From Perkinsus olseni (lineage: Eukaryota), in assembly GCA_013115125.1 (NCBI GenBank), contig JABANN010000041.1, positions 1 through 64,000 of the forward strand: 64,000 nucleotides of DNA, in the 5' to 3' direction. A program made the translations under genes and the position numbers. This document shows, piece after piece, positions 39,122-51,399 of this stretch. Positions within the stretch are counted from its first letter, which is position 1. The number at the start of each line of letters is the position of its first letter. Under the pieces are notes generated by a model, which worked only from the letters and a program-made list of their open reading frames with translations, made no database searches and was not told the origin of the DNA.

Positions 39122-39232
39122 GCCCGAGCTACCATTTTCCGCTTAGTCGGATTTTCAATGTCCTCTCTGCGTTGCCGTTGGTCAGTGCGGGCAGCCGAAT
39201 GGTGAGCGCAGTTTTGTTGAGCCCAATGCCTC

Positions 39233-39535
39233 ATGCCGATTAAAATCAAGTACCCCAAAATCAACGGCAGGGTCATGGAAGCTGCCGCGAAAAGTATACG
39301 GAGAAGCTTCAAAGTCCCTGAATCGATCTCAGGGAAGTTGAAGGCCTTTGGGAGAACAGACACTGGTGCAAGAGTCAGCGAGAGCTGGGCTCATACTAAG
39401 CAGGCGGCGTATGACGCATACATCAAGAATCCAGCCTGTTACCGAGGGGGAGGCGGAAGCATCCACACTAGAGGGAAACCGGGCACACCATCGTACTACA
39501 GATCTATCCACCCTCAACGTATAACCTACCAGTAA
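39233..39535 (+). CDS. Small basic protein (100 aa), unknown function
   Basis: ATG-initiated intronless ORF rich in K/R, in a + strand gene run. Confidence 0.5.
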   Translation: MPIKIKYPKINGRVMEAAAKSIRRSFKVPESISGKLKAFGRTDTGARVSESWAHTKQAAYDAYIKNPACYRGGGGSIHTRGKPGTPSYYRSIHPQRITYQ

Positions 39536-39738
39536 TAAGCGGCGGGGGCCGCGCACTCTCCCGTGTCCTGCGGCTATGGCCTTAGCTGAAGTCTCGTCAT
39601 CGTCAGCATTCGAATTTCAGTGGAATCGGCGCAGTAGATTCAACGGAGCAAAGTGACACCTTCACGACCTGCATTGGCCTCTTTTCATTGAGAAGTTCTC
39701 AAAGATAGAAATTTGGGTTAACCATTAAGGGTGAAATT

Positions 39739-40005
39739 ATGAATCGATTCGCCGTTATTCTCTCATCGCGATATTATCGGAGGTTGATAATTGGCAGATC
39801 GATTGGCTTCTTCAGGCGGCAGAGCTTGATTGTCGGCGGAGTAACTTTGGCAACGGCGATAGTCCTCTTCATGATGATCAAGTTCCGCTTCAACGACACG
39901 CATCGACAGAAGGAATATGATGAGTTCCTCGCCAACCGATCTGCCATTCCGATGCCGCGTGGCCAAGCGAGAAGGGTCCACGAGCCGTTTTATAAGGACT
40001 CATGA
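39739..40005 (+). CDS. Small single-TM protein resembling cytochrome c oxidase subunit 6C
   Basis: Basic N-terminus, TM (LIVGGVTLATAIVLFMMI), then KFRFNDTHRQKEYDEFLAN. Confidence 0.55.
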   Translation: MNRFAVILSSRYYRRLIIGRSIGFFRRQSLIVGGVTLATAIVLFMMIKFRFNDTHRQKEYDEFLANRSAIPMPRGQARRVHEPFYKDS

Positions 40006-41507
40006 CAATGATAGTTTCAGCAATGGGACGGGTGCAGTGTTGTGGTAGTAGAAGAATGTGTGTACAACTCGGCTGTAGGGTACGGGATAGGGACGATCGG
40101 TCTCGATCTTGCTAGGCATAGTTCAGCACAGTAGTGGATAGGTCCGTATTGACACGGCACATGATAACACGGGAAGTTTCGGGAGCGAGCCAAACACCAA
40201 GCTCTAGAACAGGGGCTGCCTACAGGTGCCTCTGGGAAACGCGTACATGAGGGCCAGACTGACGCGATTGGTCGCCCAGGGCGACTCGCCCTTCGTCATG
40301 TACTCTCATCGAAGATCCTTTGACGAGTTCATGGGTGCTCGGCATGAGGATGCATCTGCCTCCTGGCTTGTGGGGTTGCGGAAACTGTAGACGTTCGTCG
40401 CCATTGCCTCTCATTCTCGCGACTGGGTTTGCCGACTTGTTAACAGGTGCCGTGCGGAGGGCCGTATTCCTGTCATCTCGGGGGCTCATACAGCATTGAG
40501 TTGGAAACGACGTCGTTTTATGATCGAATTCTAAACCTGTCAATCTGCTGCATACGCGGAACAGAACGTTGCCAAGAAAGCCTTCAGAATCCTTGCGTGG
40601 CGGAGCTCGGGCCGCATCAAGAGTCGGGCTCCTGCATCAAGGAACTCTATGCTCAATGACGTCGGATCTTCTCGGCTATCCCCAGCTATCCCTGTGATCC
40701 CGGAGGGCCCACCCCGTGATGCACACTCCCGCCTTGGTAGTCGGCGACCTCAACGGACGCGTAGTTGCCTTGATCCAAGTCAGCGGACTTGTTCAGGACT
40801 AACGGAATATCGAGATGCGCTGTCTCGCAATCAGTCGGATGATGAATCGCGGGTGCAAGCACAGGATTCAGCGTTCCCAGGTGTAATAGATGCTTCGCAG
40901 CACCACACATGCCGAAGTGTGAACCGCAGCCCTCTGTTGAGTGACTCAACTTGTGTCTATTCTTTTCGCGCACAAAAACTCGAAGGTGGCAACGAAGGTG
41001 TTCTGGCCTGTCTCAGAGCCGGGTCGAATCACCCAGTAAGTCGCCAGTCGTCTTCTGGTATTCTCCAAACCAAGAACCATTCCCGACTCCACCGTTCGTT
41101 AACATCGAGCTAACATGAAACCTGTTCATGCCAACTCAACGGAAAACTGCAGCCTCGCCTGGCGGAGGCGAGACGGCGCAGATCAGTCTCCTCATGGATT
41201 CGGAGACACCGATCTCTGTAGTGGCCGCGAATGACTAGTGATAGCGATATCGCTGGCTATTCTTTCGACGGCATCGACTTCGTTGAAGCTGCACATCCTG
41301 CATCAGGGGACCGATCCTCAGCAGCCTCAGCCGAGCATCGGCCACCGTTGCGTTTGCCCGATCGGGCATCTGTCGCTCCCGCTAGCTACGCTGGCCCGCC
41401 CAGAAGCGGCCTCGGCAGTGGTAACTCGCGTGTAAGAGCGTGTGGTCGGTTTGCAATATGGTAAGCTCTATCCGCATCCTTGTCCTAACCCTATCCATAT
41501 CTACGCA

Positions 41508-42367
41508 ATGGTTGCCCTCGTTCACACTCTCCTATTGGTCCCCTCGGCCGTTGCACTACAGTCGACTAGAGTCGAACAACCTGAGGTAATCGCTGCTGTG
41601 GAACCGCCCAGGAGAATCCTTGGCGACTCCCGCTCAGGTGGGAATGCCGGAGGCTAATACGATTGATAGCCTGCAGGCTCAAGTCTCCGGGCTGAGCTAT
41701 AACGTTGATCAGCTGAACAAGATGGTGGCTAGGCTGAGCATTCAAGTGCCTGAGTTGATCGCTCACACCGGGAAGGTGAGATTGAGGCTTTGTTCTGCGT
41801 GGCCGGCATGCAGTCTTTCAGTCTTTCAGACGACTGCGTCGTGGGGTTCGTTCTGTATGGGATCGTATGCAGACGGCGTCTCAAGCGTGTCCAAAAAGGA
41901 TGATGGCTCATATTCCGCTAGTTGGTCTGGGCGCGGACCACACCACAAAGAAATTAAGCTGCATTGGTGATACTCGTGACCAGTTTTCCCTGGTTTGGCT
42001 CTGCTAGTGTACCATGGGCTTAGTCGATTTGGACGCCGTCGTCAGGACAGCAGACGGCGAGACGATGGATATTTCCTTCGAGGACTACAAAACTAGACTC
42101 CAGGGCGAACTCATTGGGCCAACTGAGAAAATCGAAGCGGCCTTCTTCGGAGTGAATCCTTTTCCTAACCTCTTGAGTAAGATCAGACCGAATCTTGACT
42201 CCGAGGTGACGGACGCTGTGTGTAGGCACCTAATCCACGGAGCCATGGAGTTGAACTCGGAGGACTGGCCGGCGGGGAGAGGCTGGATCAAAGAGTTCTT
42301 GGATGATAAGATGAATGAAGCTTTTGTGATCATCGAGAGACATGGAGGAACTGTGGAGGATTTATGA
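41508..42367 (+). CDS. Secreted lineage-specific protein, paralog A
   Basis: Signal peptide MVALVHTLLLVPSAVAL, coiled-coil exon, C-terminus GWIKEFLDDKMNEAFVIIERHGGTV. Confidence 0.7.
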
Positions 42368-42840
42368 GCAACTCCAAAAGGCTTATCATGTTGTCCATGT
42401 TCATCTGAACTGTCTTCTGAGTGGATGCGTTCAACCAATGCAACGCGGATTATTTTTTGTCCAACTTCACTAAGTCACGGAAATCTGATTGACATCGTAA
42501 GGGATTTGGATTTGTGGGAAAGGATTGATCGGTCGACCCCTTGTCAGTGACAATTTGTCACGAGTAGTCTGCCCACACTCCCCTCCCAACTCGTGGTTGA
42601 CGTCGGCCACGCTTTTGTCCAGAAGGCGATCTCATTACAAGACGTAGATCTAAACTAATCGATAGAGCCTGCATCCTTTCGATTTAGTATCTCTACTTTC
42701 TGTCAACCTGGGCGCCCTCTGAGTTCGCCATCCTGTCACTGAACCGTAATGGCTTCTCAAAACAACCCATCTCCCTGAGAAGAGCCTGTTCCAGGTGTTC
42801 CAGTCAGCCGACTGCAGTATCGCTTCGCTTTCCCCTACTA

Positions 42841-43721
42841 ATGGTCGCCCTCGGCGTTCACTGTGCCTTGTTGATGATGTTGGCTCCAAAGGCTGTCATT
42901 TCCTTGCAGGCCGCTGGGCGCAAACGGCCTCGGGTAATCGTCCTAATGGGATAGCCTAGGCGCGACCTAACTGACTTTTCCTCAGGTCGAAATTCCTTTG
43001 GCAGATGTGCCTCAAAGCTTGGAGGCCATAGCGTCCGAACTAGGCAAGAAAATGGACGCTCGGCTGTCCGAGCTGAGCAGTGACGTGGCTATGCTCAACG
43101 AGCAAGTGACTAGGTTGAGCACCTTCACCCGGAAAGTACGAGCTCGGCACCGTTCTCTTACAATGATGATTGCCGGGCCATCATCCCTTCCAGATTTCCA
43201 ACCAAAACTCATTCTGCCAGGAGGATTCTGCAAACGGTGTGTTAACGGCGATGAAGGTTGGGAGTGGTGGATATACCGTTGAATGGTGGGAAACGGGACC
43301 ACAATGGGAGAACAAAATCGACGTGCACTGGTGATATCCATAGGGCTGAGCACCGGTGTTCAGTCGCTGTAATGCAGCATTTGTCACCGTCAGGGGAAAT
43401 GACGGAGAAACGATGACCCTCGAATTCATCGACCCCAAGGCTAATAGAAACGGATCGGTCAGCGGGCCGTGGAGGGGAATGAAAAGGGCCTTTTCAGGAG
43501 TCATTCCTTTCGCTAAGCGGTTAGACGAAATCAGGCTCAGAGTAACATCCAAGTTCACGCGGGCTGAGTGCAATGACCTGATTAAGGAAATCCAATCGAA
43601 TCCTCCGGACGGCTACCTACAGGGACCGAACTGGATGAACGTGTTCTTGAATGATAAGATGGATGCGGCTTTTGAACTAATACGGCAACATGGTGGAACT
43701 GTCACTTCTTTATCTTCCTGA
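42841..43721 (+). CDS. Secreted lineage-specific protein, paralog B
   Basis: MVALGVHCALLMMLAPKAVISL, same first-intron donor gtaatcg, coiled-coil exon, C-terminus NWMNVFLNDKMDAAFELIRQHGGTV. Confidence 0.7.
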
Positions 43722-43959
43722 ACCAACTAGTGCCACCAAGAACCTATCATGCTCATTGTGATGTTCGTGTCAATCAAATGTCCACTTGCGTTGAACGTTG
43801 GCTTGAAAGTTTCTGCATCGCACCGGAGGCCACATGCTGTGGTGTCGAGTCCGCAGATTTGTCGAGATTTGCACCAAGGGAACTCGAACTTGATGGATCA
43901 GTTGATTCCGCGAGCCTTTGTGATTCCCAGTGCCGCCACATGCGCTCCTAAACCGTCCT

Positions 43960-44100
43960 TAGATCACCTTAGGACGGCCTTGGCAGCCGAATGACCGAGA
44001 TGCCTCGTAACACGGAGGCTAGACTGGGTGAGCTGAGCCAACAAGTGCCAGAGATGACCACGTCCACTCGGAAAATGCGAACCCGATACCACCCTTCAAA
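43960..44100 (+). pseudogene. Degenerate fragment of a third copy of the secreted-protein family
   Basis: EARLGELSQQVPEMTTSTRKMRTR resembles DARLSELS...QVTRLSTFTRKVRAR of paralog B. Confidence 0.45.
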
Positions 44101-44519
44101 GTCCGTGAGGTGTGTTTTGAGTTCCCTTAGAGTTGCTCCAATGTGTGGAGTAATCATACCAGCCCATCCTATTTCCGCGTGACCGAGTCTACGCCTAGTT
44201 CTGAGGACCTTCCTCACTAGAGTCCGATCGGTCGGTATCGATGGTCTCTGGATGATAGCGAAGGAAGGCGGCAAAAAACAGCGCGATCTCTCGTTCAAGT
44301 GAACTGCGTTCGTCGGTTTGTCGTCATCTGTTGGTTCAACATCTCTGTCCCCGGGACAGTCCCGTGGTCCGAAAGCGGTTAAAGTACGCACGGCATTGCA
44401 GCTGACTGCTCAGTCTAGTGAAGAGGACCTCATGGCATCGTAAATACACGAATACTCACTCAACAACATCTGCTTCGCCGTTAGTCTAATACACCAGCAC
44501 TGGATACATACAACCATGA

Positions 44520-45671
44520 CTAAGGTAACAATGATGAACTCAGCTCTCTCCAAGTATTCTCTCCGGGTCTCGCAGAGCAATCTTCGTGCGGTACCGCCCA
44601 TCGGTGACGGTACTGAGCAATCTCGACGGTCGAGTTTTCTAAGTCGAAATGTGTGAAGTAGGCCCGAAAGAAGGGCACGCCGAGATGCACAGTCTTAGAC
44701 TCGGTCGGCACAATCGCTAGTATGCGCAACGTGTCCGAGTACTCTTCGGTGTAGTAAGCAGGGCGCAGCACCAGACATGCTCCGTCAGAGAAGTCGCCCA
44801 AGTTGAGTTGAAGTATCGGCATGCGCTCCATCTCAGTATTCCTAATCACCCACTTGTTGCCCTCGTGATCAACTCCCGATCTGTCCAGCATCGAAGTTAC
44901 TTTTTCGTAAAGTTGGGTGGGTAGCCGGATAAGAGCATCACCCGTATCGAGTACGGCCAGCTTGTTGTCCAATACGATGAACATCGACCCTTCAGTGGCT
45001 ACGCTCACGCTAGAGAGCCTCAGCTGTAGGAGAGACGACGTTTGCGAAGCGCTCGGCTGCACCAGCTCCATGTGTCTCATCGCGAAGACTGCACAATCGC
45101 ACTGTCCACCTAGAGTCAGCGTCCCATCTAGGTGTGTGCTCTGCTCAGGAGTGCACACACTGAACCTTCGCTCTTGGATAACCCCGGCTGCGTAGAGCTG
45201 CGTGAGGAAGGGCGAGGGGCCGCCCGGCTGAGGCTGCCCTAGACCGAGAAGACCGTGAGGCTCTTCTTCGATCGATGGCGAATTGAAGCCGATGATCAGC
45301 CCGAAGGTGGCATTGTGAATCACTCGACCGCCAATGGTGATTGAACCCTCATGCATCACAAAAGTAACATGAGTGTCGTCGCCAAATTCGACGAAGAATT
45401 TCCGCGAGGAGCGGTAGGGATCACAACCATCCGGACATGTATAGCATCCTGAGCTCAGCGTCGTACAGCTGCGATCGGTGTAGGTCTTCTCGTACCACTC
45501 CTTGTACACCACGAAGAGCGCCTGACTGCCCGTGTCTACTATCAGCCGCTGCTCCTGCTTATCAAATTCCATAGCTACAGCCCCTCCCTCGATGGGAAGG
45601 GTGATCTCTGCAGCCTCCATCCGCCAGAGCAAAACAAGTGCCGAGGTGAGAGCTCTGGCGATCGAAGTCAT
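44520..45671 (-). CDS. Pepsin-like A1 aspartic protease, signal peptide, intronless
   Basis: LIVDTGS and AVLDTGD catalytic motifs, GLLGLG, HLGVPFFRAYFTHFD. Confidence 0.92.
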   Translation of the reverse strand: MTSIARALTSALVLLWRMEAAEITLPIEGGAVAMEFDKQEQRLIVDTGSQALFVVYKEWYEKTYTDRSCTTLSSGCYTCPDGCDPYRSSRKFFVEFGDDTHVTFVMHEGSITIGGRVIHNATFGLIIGFNSPSIEEEPHGLLGLGQPQPGGPSPFLTQLYAAGVIQERRFSVCTPEQSTHLDGTLTLGGQCDCAVFAMRHMELVQPSASQTSSLLQLRLSSVSVATEGSMFIVLDNKLAVLDTGDALIRLPTQLYEKVTSMLDRSGVDHEGNKWVIRNTEMERMPILQLNLGDFSDGACLVLRPAYYTEEYSDTLRILAIVPTESKTVHLGVPFFRAYFTHFDLENSTVEIAQYRHRWAVPHEDCSARPGENTWRELSSSLLP

Positions 45672-45920
45672 GAAAGCAGCACGACTGGGGCGAGAGTACT
45701 ACGACTCAGATGGACCGAGACGGATGGAAATGCGGCGAGGAGACGGGAGAAACTCTCGTCTCCGGTGTGAAGGGCGCGTCCCCGCGGTGCTCGGCGAGCG
45801 GGTCTCTTACGAGATGGCTACAGTTCTTTCACGTTCGGAGACTGTGGATGAGGTCAGTACTGGCGAGAAACTCAATCCTGAAGAGCTTGAAACCGAGGTG
45901 ATCAATGTTATTCGGACGCA

Positions 45921-46778
45921 CTAATTGGCTCCCCGGAGGGCGTAGCGAAACGTTAGACTGATTCGTGGACGGTGTTCCCTCTTTCGAGACGGCAGGCCGT
46001 GCTTCCACAGCCTCTGCGTACTTCCTCCCATCACCAACAATGACCCACTGCGCGGCACTATGTGCACCTACATCGAGTTCTCTCATCTCCCGCTACACCG
46101 CCACCGTACTCGAAATACTACTTTTCTTTTATCCTTTTTGGCATCTAGGAAGAAGTCTCGCTCTGCTCCCAGGGAGATGCAGGCAATCGACGGTTCTTTA
46201 CCGAGGACCTTCTCATCATCGGAGTGCATTCCAATATTATCCGACCCGTCTCGATAGTAGTTGAGGACGCAGCAGTTGAACTGTTCACCACATTCCTTGC
46301 TCACCGCATCCTTCAATTTCTCTATGACCATCGGACCCCTCGTCCACGGCGAAGGCACCCTCAACGGCCCGCCCGAGTACCTGAGTACATCCTCATTCGG
46401 CGAGTCTCCCAGCCTTGACAACTACTACCTGTATTGTTTCCCATCATCAGCATAGAATGCAGTCAATCTCCGTTCAAGGTGCTCCTTTCCGAATATCTTA
46501 ACCGTGCCCTGACCCCAAGGGACTTCTCTCATCAACTCTCCCAATGCTTCAGCAGGATCTTCCACGAAGCTAGGCAAGTACGTCAACCACGAGCCCTCAT
46601 CATCCAACGGCCATCGATCCAGCGGGGTGTCCCCTGGGAGATTCAAATCCCTTCCTTCCCGCGGCCTAGGGGGTTCCGCTTTCCTAGACCGCTTTCGTGG
46701 TGGAAGCTTCTCTATCGAGCAGTCGCTCTCTTCTGAGCTCGAGCCCAGCTCAACCACCTCTCTCAACCCGTTGGTCAT
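45921..46778 (-). CDS. AlkB-family 2OG-Fe(II) dioxygenase (ALKBH2/3-like)
   Basis: ERRLTAFY, YRYSG, FNCCVLNYYRDGSDNIGMHSDDE (HxD), ISLGAERDF, GSLLVMGGSTQRLWKHG, RISLTFR. Confidence 0.92.
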
Positions 46779-47100
46779 CCATGTAGGTCCATGACTGAGG
46801 CACAGCCACGTCGAAGCCCCTCTCACTAGAACGCCACAACACCCAACTTGGACTGCAATAATGATTATGGTGATAATACTCGCAGGAGATTATGATACAT
46901 AATAGTCCAAGGGCCGGAAAATGGTGATAACTATACAAAACGTTAATGACGTATAGTACCAGAATGCATCATTACCAATGTACCGGGTACTAGACAACAA
47001 CCGCAATAAAAGAAGATAAAGAAGAAGATCTACAGAACGACGGCCTACCACTTCACAATGGGCATTCTAAAAGGCAAGACGGAAAAGAAGAATGGTGAGG

Positions 47101-49080
47101 TCAAATGAAGCTGTCTCTACTATGAGCCTCTAAGGGCAGTGGCGGGAATCGCGGAACTCTCTCGAGGCCGATGCTCCGTCGCCAAATGCCCGATCGGGAC
47201 CACCCTGCCTTGGGGCACATCTCCATGCGCAAAAAGCCTATGTCGCCGTTCAATGGGGCAACCGTACTAACTTTAATTTCAAGACTACCGGTCTTCGGAG
47301 GCCAACTGCTTCGATGATCAACTTCAGAAACCCGCCGCCTTTCAGTACTCTTTTTGGAGGCACTCGTCGACCTGCTACTACCGCGAGTCGCACTCCTCTG
47401 TGCTGCCGTGGTCTTCCTCGACGCCGTCTTCAAAGCCTCTGCGCTGCTGCTCTTCCTAGGCCTCCCACGCTTCCGCCGCGCTGAACCCTCGTCGCCAGCA
47501 CTCTTGTCAGATACTACAGAGCCTTCTCGGGCTTCTCGTATCCGCGAGCTTCGACGAACTGCTCCTTCGAGAGCCCAGTCCGGCAGAACGCCGTCCAGAC
47601 TGTCATCCGCCTGAGATAAGAAAGGCGAGCTCGTTTCTTGGCCGAACTAGGGGTCGCGGGCATTCTACCGATTTGCGCCTCCTTCCACCGCTCGCGTGGC
47701 TGCCCTCGTCGTCCTCGGCATCAGTACTAGAGGCAGATGGAAATCGAAGCCGTCGACGCTTCCGCTCACCAGGGTCGCCGTCTGTGCTGCTATCAGCGGG
47801 GGGCTGCAGAATGAAGAACATCCAGCCGAGCATTGAAGCCCTGGGACACACTACCTTTCGTACACGCCTGCGACTTGCATTGGACTTCGACTTCCGTTGC
47901 TTCGCTCGACTCCTGACAAACCAGAATCAACAGGAGCTCAGTCATATGCTGCTGGGACGCTAGGAGCACATAACCCGTACTACGATGGCCGACGGTCGTC
48001 ACGGAGCTTCCCAGAGGAGATAGTGACGATCTTTGGGTGGAGCTCTTCCTCTAAGCTAGGGGAATCATCGATAGCGAACTTATTCCGAGTTGACCTGAAG
48101 GAGACTCGCTTCGACCTAAGATATCCAACAAACTCAGAAAGACTACCTTCTCCCTATGAGGAGCTCTTCGTCATCAACGAGGTCGGCGCCGCCATTGATT
48201 CCGGACGAGCTTGAAGGAGCCGGAGACGCCTCGGGCTGCCGAGGTCGTTTCCGCTTAGCTTTTTTGGACTTGACGGCCGTAGGTGACGATGCTCGTTTTT
48301 TCAGCTTCTCCTTCTTGCCATGGTCATTCCGGCTCTTCCTCGGACCGAGTGCCCTACAAGATTGGCCTTGATAGCGGAAGGGCGGCTCCAGGCCGCACCA
48401 CCTACCTTTCGGTCATCGCAGAAGCTTCGTCAGTGTGAGCCCTCCGACGGTCTTGAGGAGGCCTGTCCACCCCACGACCGTCTTTGGAGCGCTCCTGCTG
48501 CTGCTGTTGCTCCTTCTCCCGCCTTTCTGACTCGGCAATCAAATTGATGTAGTACATCATTATACGGTCCTCTGAGGAGCCACCAGTAAAACCGCAATAT
48601 CGTGGCGCAGCGGGAAGCTTACCCGAGGACGCCATGATCTCCTTATCGTGAAACCAGGTGGCAGCTGCGGGTGTCTCAAGACACACTATATGAAACAACT
48701 GAAATGGCCAACTTCTCCTCGAGGACTATCTCCATAGCACTGACCAACGCGAGCCCGGTAGGTGGGAAGAAGAACGCTGAAGGGAGAGCCACGAGAGCTT
48801 CATTTCGTGAGGAACGGAGTCGCAAAGGCTGACCTCCAATAACCAGAGCCCTCTCGTAGTATCCGAAGTGCGTGGGAAAAGGGCTACGGAACGTTAACCG
48901 AGTGAGCAGGTTACAGTGCACCGCCGCAATGGTTTCGAACCTGTGAACCCGCGCCTCGGCCGCCTTTCCCTTCCAGTCAATGACGTTGGACGGCTCCAAA
49001 ATCGGGCAGTATACACCATCACCGTTTGAAACTAATTTGCGTGTGCTCCAACAGCGTTTTCACCGGACCCGTTGCAACAT
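47101..49080 (-). CDS. Multi-exon hypothetical protein with K/R-rich low-complexity segments; boundaries approximate
   Basis: Series of minus-strand ORFs (48676-48999, 48402-48698, 47603-47851, 47101-47433) with GT-AG boundaries. Confidence 0.4.
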
Positions 49081-49202
49081 GAACGGACACAGCATGGAGG
49101 CTTGCCGAGTTCTTATCGATCAGCAGGGCGCGCGCACCTGTCGAAGCTGGCCCGACTGCACTAGCTATGGTTGACTCTTACACTGTTTAGTCGATTGCAT
49201 CG

Positions 49203-51173
49203 ATGAAATTCCTTTTACCCACGCTTGCCTTAGTGGCAACTTCTGTCCTTGGGGCTAAGGACAGCAGTGAAAATATCGATGGCCCCGTGGTTGGTATCGA
49301 TCTGGGTACTACTTACTCATGCGTAGGAGTCTACAAGAACGGCCGTGTCGAGATCATCCCCAACGACCAGGGAAACCGTATTACTCCTTCCTACGTCTCC
49401 TTCACTGAGGACGATCGCTTTGTGGGCGAGGCTGCCAAGAACGAGGCCGCCGTGAACCCTCACAATACCGTGTTCGATGTTAAGAGGCTCATTGGCCGTC
49501 GCTTTAATGACAAGACCGTCCAGAAGGACAAGAAGTTGTTGCCTTACAAGATCGTTAACAAGAATGACAAGCCCATGATTTCCGTTGAGGTCAAGGGCGA
49601 GGAGAAGGTGTTCAACCCTGAGGAGATCTCTGCTATGGTATTGGGAAAGATGAAGGAAACTGCTGAGAACTATTTGGGTACGGAGGTGAAGAACGCTGTC
49701 ATCACCGTTCCTGCCTACTTCAATGATGCTCAGAGACAGGCTACCAAGGATGCCGGTACTATTGCTGGCTTGAACGTTCTTCGTATCATCAACGAGCCAA
49801 CCGCGGCTGCTATTGCCTACGGACTTGACAAGAAGAACGAAGAGAACATTCTTGTTTACGATCTTGGTGGTGGTACTTTCGATGTCTCCCTTCTTACCAT
49901 TGACAACGGCGTCTTCGAGGTTGTTGCTACTGCTGGCGATACTCATCTTGGTGGTGAGGATTTCGATCAGCGTGTTATGGATCATTTTATCAAGACTTTC
50001 CAAAAGAAGAATCACAAGGATCTTCGTACTGACAAGCGTGCCTTGGCCAAGCTCCGTCGCGAGGTCGAGAAGGGCAAGCGCGCTCTTTCCTCAACCCACC
50101 AGGTCCGTATCGAAGTTGAGAACATCATGGACGGTATCGACTTTTCCGAGACTTTGTCTCGTGCTCGTTTCGAGGAGCTCAATGCCGATTTGTTCAAGAA
50201 CACTTTGGGCCCTGTAAAGTCTGTTCTCTCGGATGCTGGCATGACCAAGGGTGAGATCGATGAAGTCGTTCTCGTTGGTGGTTCTACTCGTATTCCTAAG
50301 ATTCAGTCTCTCATCAAGGACTACTTCAACGGCAAGGAGCCCAACCGTGGCATCAACCCCGATGAGGCTGTTGCCTACGGTGCTTCTGTCCAGGGCGGTA
50401 TCCTCAAGGGTGAAGCGGGTCAGGATCTCCTGTTGTTGGATGTCACTCCGTTGACTCTCGGTATCGAGACAGTCGGAGGTGTGATGACTAAGATCATTGG
50501 CCGTAACACTGTTATCCCGACTAAGAAGTCTCAGACCTTCTCCACCTATCAGGATAACCAGCCGGCTGTCAGCATTCAAGTCTTCGAGGGTGAGCGTCCT
50601 TTGACCAAGGACAACCATCAGCTCGGCAAGTTCGAGCTCTCGGGTATTCCCCCGGCTCCTCGTGGTCAGCCGCAGATCGAGGTTACCTTCGAGATCGATG
50701 CCAATGGTATTCTTAACGTGAAGGCTGAGGATAAGGGCACCGGCAAATCTGAGAAGATCACCATCACCAACGATAAGGGTCGTCTGAGCGAGGATGAGAT
50801 CGAGTCCATGATCAAGGATGCCGAGAAGTACGCTGAGGAGGATAAGAAGGTCAAGGAGCGTCTCGATGCGAGGAACGCCTTCGACGGCTATCTGCGTTCT
50901 ATGCGTTCGGCCGTGGAGGGCAGCGGTTCCTTCAAGGGTCTCGGTGAGAAGATGGACGAGGACGAGAAGACCGAGGTTCTCGATGCTGTGAGTGAGGGCG
51001 AGGAGTGGCTCGAGGCCAACGGTGACAGTGCTGAGCCCGACGAGATCAAGGACCAGCAGAAGGAGGTCGAGGGTGTTTGCGCTCCTATTGTTTCCAAGTA
51101 CTACAACGCTGGTGCCGCTGATGAGGACGAGGACGATGATGACGACGACTACGACTCTCCTGATGAGTTGTAA
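49203..51173 (+). CDS. BiP: ER-luminal Hsp70 (BiP/GRP78), intronless
   Basis: Signal peptide, [38 protein letters not shown]-terminal ...SPDEL retention signal. Confidence 0.98.
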   Translation: MKFLLPTLALVATSVLGAKDSSENIDGPVVGIDLGTTYSCVGVYKNGRVEIIPNDQGNRITPSYVSFTEDDRFVGEAAKNEAAVNPHNTVFDVKRLIGRRFNDKTVQKDKKLLPYKIVNKNDKPMISVEVKGEEKVFNPEEISAMVLGKMKETAENYLGTEVKNAVITVPAYFNDAQRQATKDAGTIAGLNVLRIINEPTAAAIAYGLDKKNEENILVYDLGGGTFDVSLLTIDNGVFEVVATAGDTHLGGEDFDQRVMDHFIKTFQKKNHKDLRTDKRALAKLRREVEKGKRALSSTHQVRIEVENIMDGIDFSETLSRARFEELNADLFKNTLGPVKSVLSDAGMTKGEIDEVVLVGGSTRIPKIQSLIKDYFNGKEPNRGINPDEAVAYGASVQGGILKGEAGQDLLLLDVTPLTLGIETVGGVMTKIIGRNTVIPTKKSQTFSTYQDNQPAVSIQVFEGERPLTKDNHQLGKFELSGIPPAPRGQPQIEVTFEIDANGILNVKAEDKGTGKSEKITITNDKGRLSEDEIESMIKDAEKYAEEDKKVKERLDARNAFDGYLRSMRSAVEGSGSFKGLGEKMDEDEKTEVLDAVSEGEEWLEANGDSAEPDEIKDQQKEVEGVCAPIVSKYYNAGAADEDEDDDDDDYDSPDEL

Positions 51174-51291
51174 AGTGCGTCGCACTACTGTCTTTCCTGA
51201 AACACTGTTTTATACTGGTTCCTTTTCGTGCTTCTGATCACAGCGCGTCTCGCGTTGAGTGAACAACAACACCTGTATTGCAAAACGATGA

Positions 51292-51385
51292 GTCTCGGAT
51301 GATGATACGTGTCTAAATTGGAATTCCTCGTTTCAGTCAGGGCTTCCGCTCTATGCTGATTGAGTACACACCGTTCTGACGAGAC
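51292..51385 (+). ncRNA. C/D-box snoRNA copy 1 (guide antisense to 18S rRNA AACGAGGAATTCC)
   Basis: Terminal stem GTCTCG/CGAGAC, C box ATGATGA 51299-51305, guide GGAATTCCTCGTT 51320-51332, D box CTGA 51376-51379. Confidence 0.85.
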
Positions 51386-51399
51386 ATGACTGTTGCAAA

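Noticed and set aside
40020-41480. Short ORFs in the 1.5-kb gap
   Set aside because: No recognisable motif or coherent exon chain; possibly decayed sequence
48660-48700. FHIVCL...W resembling a PHD finger
   Set aside because: The remaining Cys pairs of C4HC3 are not found in adjacent exons
49317-51185. Long antisense ORFs (232 and 364 aa) opposite BiP
   Set aside because: Well-known by-product of codon bias in Hsp70 genes; no independent coding evidence
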